Below, in pieces: positions 6,297 to 12,819 of a DNA stretch of 12,819 nt (positions are counted from its first letter, which is position 1; each line of letters opens with the position of its first letter). The position numbers were made by a program, and so were the translations under genes. The notes under the pieces are model-generated. The model was not told the DNA's origin, did not search any database, and saw nothing but the letters and a program-made list of their open reading frames with translations. Origin of the DNA: Ignavibacteria bacterium (GTDB taxonomy: Bacteria > Elusimicrobiota > Endomicrobiia > PHAN01); NCBI GenBank assembly GCA_041694835.1, contig JBGFRZ010000087.1, positions 1 to 12,819 of the forward strand, read 5' to 3'.

Positions 6297-7544
6297 TCAC
6301 ACCCAGCCGCGAAGTTTCATTGCTTCTGCAACTCTTGCGATGCTGACAAGATATGCCGCCAGCCTCGGGTGGACATTTTTTGATTTGTGCATCTCAAACA
6401 TTTCGTGAAAGGCTTTGGTCATTTTTCTGTCAAGTTTTTCGTAGACCTCATCGACCGTCCAGTAGTAGCCGTATAAATTTTGAACCCACTCGAAATAAGA
6501 AACTGTAACCCCACCCGCGTTAGCAAGAAAGTCGGGTATCACAAATTTTACGTTTTCATGAAGAATGTGGTCGGCTTCAAGATTCGTCGGGCCGTTGGCA
6601 AGTTCGCAGATTATCTTGGCTTTGATTTTGCCGGCGTTCTTCTCGGTGATTACATTTTCAAGTGCCGCAGGAATAAGAATATCGACATCAAGTTCGAGAA
6701 TTTCTTCGTTTGTGATTTTTTTCCCTTTTGAATAAGTCGCAACCGTTTTTTTGTCGCTCTTGTGTTCAAGCAGTTCCTTAAAATTGAGTCCATCTTTGTC
6801 GTATATTCCGCCCTGTGAGTCGCTAACGGCCACAACTTTAGAACCGAAGAGTTCAACGGCTAAACTATGAGCGTGCTGACCCGCATTTCCATAACCTTGT
6901 ATGGCAATTGTCGTCTGAGATAATTTCAGTCCGAGACGGTTTGCGGCTTCTCTGAGCGTGAACATTCCGCCCCTTGCGGTGGCGTCACCTCTTCCGAGAG
7001 AACCTCCGAGGGGAATCGGTTTTCCAGTTATTACCCCCGGCGAGTTGAACTGCTTAATTTTTGAAAATTCATCCATCATCCAGCCCATTATCTGAGGAGT
7101 CGTATAGACATCGGGAGCAGGTATATCCTTCTCGGGACCGATGATTTGCGCCACCGCACGGATGTATCCGCGAGCAAGACGTTCAAGTTCTCCGGGCGAC
7201 ATTTCCTTAGGGTTGCAGATTACTCCGCCTTTTCCGCCGCCATAAGGTAAATCGACTATCGCACACTTCCATGTCATCCACGCAGATAGCGCTCTTACTG
7301 TGTCAATCGTTTCTTCGGGGTGAAATCTTATTCCACCCTTGGTGGGCCCTTTTGCATCGTTATACTGAACTCTAAAGCCCTGAAAGACCTTCGTCTTTCC
7401 GTTGTCCATTTTAACAGGTATGCTCACATGCAATTCCCTCATTGGAATTCTGAGCATTTTGTGGGTTGAATCATCCAAATTCAAAATTTTTGCCGCTTCG
7501 TCCAGTTGCGCCTGAGCAAGTTCAAACGGATTTTTGCTTGACAT
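6297..7544 (-). CDS. gdhA: Glutamate dehydrogenase (Glu/Leu/Phe/Val dehydrogenase family)
   Basis: GPTKGGIRFHP, GGGKGG, DIPAPDVYT, IQGYGNAG, ELANGP, PDFLANAGGVTVSYFEWVQN; 415 aa; Shine-Dalgarno GGAGG at 7553-7557. Confidence 0.96.
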   Translation of the reverse strand: MSSKNPFELAQAQLDEAAKILNLDDSTHKMLRIPMRELHVSIPVKMDNGKTKVFQGFRVQYNDAKGPTKGGIRFHPEETIDTVRALSAWMTWKCAIVDLPYGGGKGGVICNPKEMSPGELERLARGYIRAVAQIIGPEKDIPAPDVYTTPQIMGWMMDEFSKIKQFNSPGVITGKPIPLGGSLGRGDATARGGMFTLREAANRLGLKLSQTTIAIQGYGNAGQHAHSLAVELFGSKVVAVSDSQGGIYDKDGLNFKELLEHKSDKKTVATYSKGKKITNEEILELDVDILIPAALENVITEKNAGKIKAKIICELANGPTNLEADHILHENVKFVIPDFLANAGGVTVSYFEWVQNLYGYYWTVDEVYEKLDRKMTKAFHEMFEMHKSKNVHPRLAAYLVSIARVAEAMKLRGWV

Positions 7545-7620
7545 GCCTGTCTCCTCCCTTATTAGTTTTTTTGACAGCAGTTTAGTTCTCTATAAACTTG
7601 CCCGCCGGGACATAAAATTA

Positions 7621-7688
7621 AAAAGTTTCAGGTTTCAAGGTTCCATAGTTTCAAGGTTAAAACCTAAAACCTTTGAACTTTTTGAATT
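7621..7688. repeat. Inverted ~8-bp-period arrays in the gdhA 5' leader
   Basis: GTTTCAG GTTTCAAG GTTCCATA GTTTCAAG GTT, followed by complementary AACCTAA AACCTTTG AACTTTTTG AATT. Confidence 0.65.
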
Positions 7689-7691
7689 ACT

Positions 7692-7720
7692 ATGATACAA
7701 AATTATTTAAAAGTTGTCAA
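7692..7720 (-). promoter_or_regulatory. sigma70-type promoter of gdhA
   Basis: Minus strand TTGACA (7720-7715), 17-nt spacer, TATCAT (7697-7692); predicted start near 7685. Confidence 0.75.
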
Positions 7721-7850
7721 ACCCCGTTAGAAGTTTGGGAGTGGTGTCTTTCCACTTATTCTGGAAGTTTTAGTGTTGATTGTCAAATTCATCCTGTCAT
7801 AAAAGTTGCCTCTATTTCTAAACGGGGTCAAACAAACGCAGCAGGTGTGA

Positions 7851-7871
7851 TTTGTGACAAAAATCACATTT
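7851..7871. promoter_or_regulatory. CRP/FNR- or Rex-type palindromic operator
   Basis: TGTGA-CAAAAA-TCACA at 7853-7868 (reverse strand AAATGTGATTTTTGTCACAAA). Confidence 0.55.
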
Positions 7872-7989
7872 TGGATAAAATGAATTCCTAAAACATTTTA
7901 TACTAGTGCCCCATCTGAAAATTCGATATTAACCACTATAAATCCGGAAGAACCTATTCACCACTTCGTTAAATAATTAGGGTCTGAAT

Positions 7990-10815
7990 TTACAAAGATT
8001 TGCCAGGGTTTTTTTGAATGTAATTTTTTAGATATTTACCCGTATGCGATTTTGGATTTTTGAGCAATTCTTCGGGTGGGGTGGCCGCGATGAGAATCCC
8101 TCCATTTTCTCCGCCCTCGGGGCCGAGGTCTATAATCCAGTCGGCTGTCTTAACAACTTCAAGGTTGTGTTCTATGACTACGACTGTGTTTCCTTTGTCG
8201 ACGAGAGAGTGAAGCACATTCAAAAGTTTTTCCACATCTGCAAAATGGAGCCCCGTAGTCGGCTCGTCGAGAATATACAGCGTTTTCCCCGTAGATTTGC
8301 TGCAGAGTTCACTTGCAAGTTTTACTCTCTGGGCTTCACCGCCCGAGAGCGTTGTGGCGGCCTGTCCGAGCTTTATGTATCCAAGTCCGACATTGTTTAG
8401 TGTGGAAAGTATTCTAAAAACTTGTGGTATGCTTTCAAAAAATTTTACGGCATCTTCGACCGTCATATCGAGGATTTCCGATATATTTTTTCCTTTGTAT
8501 TTTATTTCGAGCGTTTCCGTGTTAAATCTCGCCCCGTGGCATTCAGAACATTTTACATAAACATCAGGTAAAAACTGCATTTGTATTTTTAGCACCCCGT
8601 CGCCGGCGCAGTTATCGCATCTCCCTCCGCGAACATTGAAAGAAAATCTCCCCGGCATATAACCCCTTTTTCTGGCGGTCGGCGTTAGAGCCATAAGTTT
8701 TCTTATATAATCGAAAGAGCCCGTATATGTTGCGGGATTCGACCTCGGGGTTCTTCCGATGGGCGACTGGTCAATTACAATTACTTTATCAAACGTTTCC
8801 CAATTTTTGAGTTCCCTGTGTTTTCCGGGAACTTCTTTGGATTTGTAAAGTTTTTGGGCTAATGCCTTGTAGAGAATTTCATAAATGAGCGTGGATTTTC
8901 CTGAACCAGAAACCCCTGTAACACAGATGAAATTTCCGATTGGAAACTTTACATTTATTTTTTTTAAATTGAATTGTTCAGCCCCCAAAATTTCGATGAA
9001 TTTCGACTGTTCTCTTCTTTTTTCGGGAGTGGGTATTTTAAGTTTTCCGTTGAGATATTTCGCCGTCAGCGATTTTTCAGATTTGACTATCTGCTCGAGC
9101 GAGCCCTCCGCTACAATATTTCCGCCCAGCCCCCCAGCGCCGGGCCCGAGGTCTATAATCCAGTCGGCGGTCCTTATCGTCTCTTCGTCGTGTTCTACAA
9201 CAATGAGTGTATTTCCAATGTCTCTGAGTTCTTTTAATGTCGAGAGGAGTTTTTCATTGTCCCTTTGATGAAGTCCGATAGAGGGTTCGTCGAGAACATA
9301 AAGTACGCCCGTCAGTCGGGAACCTATCTGAGTGGCGAGCGAAATTCTTTGCGCTTCTCCGCCGGCGAGGGTTTGGGTTTCGCGGTCGATTGTCAGATAA
9401 TCCAGCCCCACATTCACAAGGAAACCAAGCCGTGATTTAAGTTCTTTTAGTATGTTCTGACTTATTACACTTTGCGTGTTGGTAAGTTTAAGTGAGGCGA
9501 AAAAATCGTAAAGTTCCTTCACCGACATTGCCGATATGTCCGATATATTTTTTTCCGCTATTTTGATAGAAAGGGCTTCTTTTTTAAGTTTTTTTCCACG
9601 GCAGGCGGGACACACGCTCGTTCTCATGTATCTTTTTTGTATCTCTTCTTTGACATAATCCGACTCCGTTTCGTTGTATCTCCTCAAAAGATTAGATATG
9701 ACGCCCTCAAACTCGTCGTCGCCGTAAAATATGATTTTTTGTATTTCGGGGGAAAGTTTATTAAAGGGCGTGTTCATATTTATTTTGTGTCTGCGGGACA
9801 AATCAGACAACATTTCCCCGTAATATCCCTTCCACGAATATTTCCATCTGTGCGTCTTTGTTGTTATTGGTTCCATCCACGGATGGATGGCGTGTTCATT
9901 CAAAGAAAGGTGGGTGTCGGGAACAATCAGATTTTCGTCGATTTCGATTTTTTTACCAAGACCTCCGCAGTCGGCACATGCTCCATAGGGGCTGTTGAAA
10001 GAAAATAATCTCGGCTCTATTTCCGATATTGAAATTCCGCAATCCGTGCAAGAGTTTTTCTGACTGAAAATTTGCGAAGCCGCCGCTTTTTGTGACTTTT
10101 CCGATATGTGAATCTCGAGTAATCCGCCGGATTCTTTCAAAGCCGTCTCTACTGAATCAGAAATTCTTTCCTTGGATGTCACACCGAGTTCGATTCTGTC
10201 TATTGAGACGGAAATTGTGTGCTTTTTGTACCTGTCGAGTTTGATTTTTTCATCAAGCGAACGGATATTTCCGTCGACGAGAATCCTGACATAGCCGGAT
10301 TTTTTCAATCGCGTGAACAACTCTTCGTATGTCCCTATTCTGCCTCTAACAAGCGGGGAAAATATGTGAATTTTTGTCCCGGGCCCAAACGAACTGATTT
10401 TTTTTATAATCTCAGACGAACCCTGCGAAGTTATCCTTTTTCCGCACTCAGGACAATGAACAGTTCCAAGCCGTGCAAAAAGCAATCTGAGGTAGTCGTA
10501 TATTTCCGTCATTGTGCCGACGGTTGAGCGGGGGTTATGCGCCGGGGGTCTTTGTTGGATTGCTATGGCGGGCGAGAGTCCCTCAATAAACTCCACATCG
10601 GGCTTTTCCATCAGTTCAAGGAATTGTCTCGCATAAGCCGAAAGCGACTCGACATACCTTCGCTGCCCTTCGGCGTAAATCGTGTCAAAAGCCAAAGACG
10701 ATTTTCCCGAACCCGAAAGACCGGTTATGACGACCAATTTGTTTTTTGGTATTTCGAGGTTGATGTTTTTTAAGTTGTGTTCTTTTGCGCCCTGTATTAC
10801 AATTTTTTCGAGCAT
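7990..10815 (-). CDS. uvrA: Excinuclease ABC subunit A
   Basis: Two ABC cassettes ([19 protein letters not shown][AS]GGEAQR, LDEP), [19 protein letters not shown], zinc fingers [27 protein letters not shown]; 941 aa. Confidence 0.99.
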   Translation of the reverse strand: MLEKIVIQGAKEHNLKNINLEIPKNKLVVITGLSGSGKSSLAFDTIYAEGQRRYVESLSAYARQFLELMEKPDVEFIEGLSPAIAIQQRPPAHNPRSTVGTMTEIYDYLRLLFARLGTVHCPECGKRITSQGSSEIIKKISSFGPGTKIHIFSPLVRGRIGTYEELFTRLKKSGYVRILVDGNIRSLDEKIKLDRYKKHTISVSIDRIELGVTSKERISDSVETALKESGGLLEIHISEKSQKAAASQIFSQKNSCTDCGISISEIEPRLFSFNSPYGACADCGGLGKKIEIDENLIVPDTHLSLNEHAIHPWMEPITTKTHRWKYSWKGYYGEMLSDLSRRHKINMNTPFNKLSPEIQKIIFYGDDEFEGVISNLLRRYNETESDYVKEEIQKRYMRTSVCPACRGKKLKKEALSIKIAEKNISDISAMSVKELYDFFASLKLTNTQSVISQNILKELKSRLGFLVNVGLDYLTIDRETQTLAGGEAQRISLATQIGSRLTGVLYVLDEPSIGLHQRDNEKLLSTLKELRDIGNTLIVVEHDEETIRTADWIIDLGPGAGGLGGNIVAEGSLEQIVKSEKSLTAKYLNGKLKIPTPEKRREQSKFIEILGAEQFNLKKINVKFPIGNFICVTGVSGSGKSTLIYEILYKALAQKLYKSKEVPGKHRELKNWETFDKVIVIDQSPIGRTPRSNPATYTGSFDYIRKLMALTPTARKRGYMPGRFSFNVRGGRCDNCAGDGVLKIQMQFLPDVYVKCSECHGARFNTETLEIKYKGKNISEILDMTVEDAVKFFESIPQVFRILSTLNNVGLGYIKLGQAATTLSGGEAQRVKLASELCSKSTGKTLYILDEPTTGLHFADVEKLLNVLHSLVDKGNTVVVIEHNLEVVKTADWIIDLGPEGGENGGILIAATPPEELLKNPKSHTGKYLKNYIQKNPGKSL

Positions 10816-10847
10816 AAGGTTATTGACACTTTGCTAAAAGGCATTTC

Positions 10848-10994
10848 ACCACAGAGGCGCAAAGACACAGAGAAACTGCATAGAGATTAAATTCCCGTCG
10901 GTAATTTCGGTGCCTGTCCCGATGACAATCGGGGTAGTTCTTGAGCTACCTCGTTTTTTCTCTGCGACTCTGTGGTATCCTGCCATGGCGGGAT
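10848..10994. repeat. Cluster of inverted 8-mer CACAGAG/CTCTGTG arrays and REP-like hairpins upstream of uvrA
   Basis: CCACAGAG GCGCAAAG ACACAGAG AAA (10849-10875) vs TTT CTCTGCGA CTCTGTGG T (10957-10976). Hairpins CCCGAT-GACA-ATCGGG (10918-10933), GGTAGTTC-TT-GAGCTACC (10933-10950), ATCCTGCC-AT-GGCGGGAT (10977-10994). Confidence 0.75.
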
Positions 10995-11010
10995 TCAATA
11001 ATCTCATTAT

Positions 11011-11186
11011 GAGATTATTGAAAAACCCATCTTTTTCACTTAAAGAGCAGTTTCTTAACGGTTAAAAGTTTCAATCAGACCGCAAAACTCCTCGCTTTGC
11101 TCGTCAGACATTGCGGTCTAAACGATTTCAACTTTTAACCTAAAACTGCCAAATCGTTCAAAAGATTAAGGTTTTTCAACGAGCTC
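11011..11186. mobile_element. 176-bp non-coding MITE-like element with nested inverted repeats and a 5-bp flanking direct repeat
   Basis: Ends GAGATTATTGAAAAACC / GGTTTTTCAACGAGCTC; ATTAT on both sides (11006-11010, 11187-11191). Inner stems ATCTTTT, GCAGTTT, GGTTAAAAGTT and AGACCGCAA each have a symmetric complement. Confidence 0.75.
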
Positions 11187-11208
11187 ATTATATAAAATTC
11201 AACAAATT

Positions 11209-11217
11209 TGTTATAAT
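11209..11217 (+). promoter_or_regulatory. Extended -10 promoter for rimI, probably leaderless
   Basis: TG-T-TATAAT at 11209-11217, ATG 6 nt later at 11224, no Shine-Dalgarno. Confidence 0.65.
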
Positions 11218-11223
11218 TCGTGT

Positions 11224-11652
11224 ATGAAATTCGAAAAATTGGGCGCTGAGCATATAAGAGAAGTTTATGAGATAGAAAAACTCTCTTTTAACGACCCCCA
11301 TACGATGAGTATGATAGCCTCATCGATACTCAATCCCGCCTGCGAATTCTGGCTTTTAATCGAATCCGAAAAAGTAGTCGGATTTATAGAGTTCTGGATA
11401 ATGTACGAGGAATCTCACATTATAGACATTGCCGTTCATCCGGAGTTCAGAAAGAAGGGATACGGGCAAAAACTTATAGAGTTCATGCTCGAAAAATCGA
11501 GAATGTCGGGAACTAAAAAGGTCTTTTTAGAGGTGAGACCGTCGAATAAGGATGCCATAAATCTCTACAAAAAATACGGATTTTCCGAGAGCGGCGTGAG
11601 AAAAAAGTATTACAGGGACGAGGACGCTATCATAATGAAAAAAGATATATGA
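11224..11652 (+). CDS. rimI: Ribosomal-protein-alanine N-acetyltransferase (GNAT)
   Basis: IEKLSF..P, ESHIIDIAVHPEFRKKGYGQKL, VFLEVRPSN..AINLYKKYGF...GVRKKYY..EDAIIM. Confidence 0.9.
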   Translation: MKFEKLGAEHIREVYEIEKLSFNDPHTMSMIASSILNPACEFWLLIESEKVVGFIEFWIMYEESHIIDIAVHPEFRKKGYGQKLIEFMLEKSRMSGTKKVFLEVRPSNKDAINLYKKYGFSESGVRKKYYRDEDAIIMKKDI

Positions 11653-12819
11653 ACAAAAAATCGCTTCTGTTATTGAGTGTTTTGGCGACGATAGTTTCGG
11701 CGGATTATAAGCAGTCGTATCTTTACTACATAAACGCCCAGCTTTTAATCTCCGAGTCGAAATATGGCGAAGCCCTTGAAGAGCTCAAGAAAACCATAGT
11801 CGCCGACCCGGATGCGGAAAGCGCTTATATGGACATGGCCATGTGTTATTTGAAACTCGGCGAGATTGACACCGCCATTAAAACCGCTGACGACATCGCC
11901 AAGAAGTTCGACAACCTCGATTCTTACAAATTCCTCGCTGGGCTATATTTCATAACGTCCTTGTACAAAGAAGCGGCGTATTACTACGAGAAAATTCTGG
12001 AGGCCGAGCCTTCGAACGATGAAGCGCTGATTTACCTCGCGAATTATTATCATGCCATAAACCCCAAAACTGCTCTCAACTACTGGGACAAGATAGCAGC
12101 GTATAAACCCGGGGATCCCGCGGTATACTTGAAGATAGCAGAAACCTACGAGAGGTTGAAAGATTATGAAACCGCCATAAAAAATTACACAAAGTCGCTC
12201 GAAATAGAACCGTCTTTCAAAGAGGCGCATCTTGCGCTTTCAAAAATTTATGAAATACTTAAAGACACCGCTGCTGCGGTGGCGGAATACAGAAAATATC
12301 TGGAAGAAGACCCGGAAAACATATCAGTTTTAAACTATCTGGGCGCTCTTTATTTCTCGAACACCGAAATCGAAAACGCCGAAGAAATCTTCAAAAAAGT
12401 GGTCGAGATTTCGTCCGACTCGGCTTCGGGATATATCTGGCTCGGAATAATAGCCGTCGAGAAAAAAGATGTCGAAAGCGCGATTGCGAATTTCAAAAAG
12501 GCCGTTAAAATCGAGCCATCAGCGGCAGTTTATCAGTATTTGAGCGAGCTTTACATGCGGGAAAAAGATTACAAATCAGTGAAGATATACCTCGAAAAGG
12601 CGATAAAACAAAACCCTTCGGATCCAAAACTTAAGTTTCTGGCTGGACTCTTATATATGGACCAGAAAAAATATACGAAGGCCTTGTCATATTTTGCCGC
12701 CGCCATTAAGCTTAAGGGCGATCTTTACGACGCATATTTTTACTCCGCCATATCGTACGACAACATAAATGATTTCAAATCGGCGCGAAAGCAGCTTGAG
12801 GAACTTATAAGAATAAATC
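11649..12819 (+). CDS. Tetratricopeptide-repeat protein with N-terminal signal peptide (3'-partial, absent from the ORF track because no stop in window)
   Basis: ATG overlaps the rimI stop (ATGA). MNKKSLLLLSVLATIVSA-DYK signal peptide, then repeated TPR units (EALEELKKTIVADP, AAYYYEKILEAEP, AIKNYTKSLEIEP, AVAEYRKYLEEDP, AIANFKKAVKIEP). Frame open to the edge. Confidence 0.92.
   Translation, partial: MNKKSLLLLSVLATIVSADYKQSYLYYINAQLLISESKYGEALEELKKTIVADPDAESAYMDMAMCYLKLGEIDTAIKTADDIAKKFDNLDSYKFLAGLYFITSLYKEAAYYYEKILEAEPSNDEALIYLANYYHAINPKTALNYWDKIAAYKPGDPAVYLKIAETYERLKDYETAIKNYTKSLEIEPSFKEAHLALSKIYEILKDTAAAVAEYRKYLEEDPENISVLNYLGALYFSNTEIENAEEIFKKVVEISSDSASGYIWLGIIAVEKKDVESAIANFKKAVKIEPSAAVYQYLSELYMREKDYKSVKIYLEKAIKQNPSDPKLKFLAGLLYMDQKKYTKALSYFAAAIKLKGDLYDAYFYSAISYDNINDFKSARKQLEELIRIN

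Noticed and set aside
7722-7828. Inverted pair ACCCCGTT(T)AGAA about 80 nt apart
   Set aside because: Short, imperfect, no flanking duplication or internal structure; insufficient to call an element.
7673-7891. 72-aa plus-strand ORF in the gdhA-uvrA spacer
   Set aside because: TTG start, no ribosome site, overlaps the gdhA promoter and operator, no recognisable motif.
8044-10773. Plus-strand ORFs inside uvrA (and similar shadows inside the IS, 985-aa gene, SIR2, gdhA, and 11943-12230 inside the TPR gene)
   Set aside because: Antisense or alternate-frame shadows of well-supported genes, with no independent motifs.
10816-11223. LexA/SOS box upstream of uvrA
   Set aside because: No CTGT-N8-ACAG or GAAC-N4-GTTC match found by eye; a lineage-specific box cannot be excluded.

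Overview
Boundary between an AT-rich accessory/defence island (~1-5650) and higher-GC core genome of an unidentified bacterium. The island sits downstream of a minus-strand tRNA-Val/tRNA-Asp pair. It holds a frameshifted IS1595-family element (80-898), a decayed gene fragment, and an intact, translationally coupled two-gene module: a SIR2 (NADase-type) gene plus a 985-aa predicted helical protein with no P-loop. Upstream of that lie the 3' stump of a probable Type IIG/N6-methylase restriction-modification gene and a 276-bp internally deleted IS1595 derivative not shown in the ORF track. The core part carries gdhA, uvrA, rimI and a secreted TPR protein running off the window. The best candidate for a new system is the split 'SIR2 + separate large sensor-like protein' anti-phage module. 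The intergenic DNA is rich in structure: tandem copies of both tRNA 3' ends, several 7-8-bp-period arrays (mostly inverted), a 176-bp hairpin MITE with a 5-bp duplication overlapping a putative uvrA -10 box, a CRP/Rex-type palindrome and three leaderless-type starts. All family calls come from motif recognition by eye; no searches were run.
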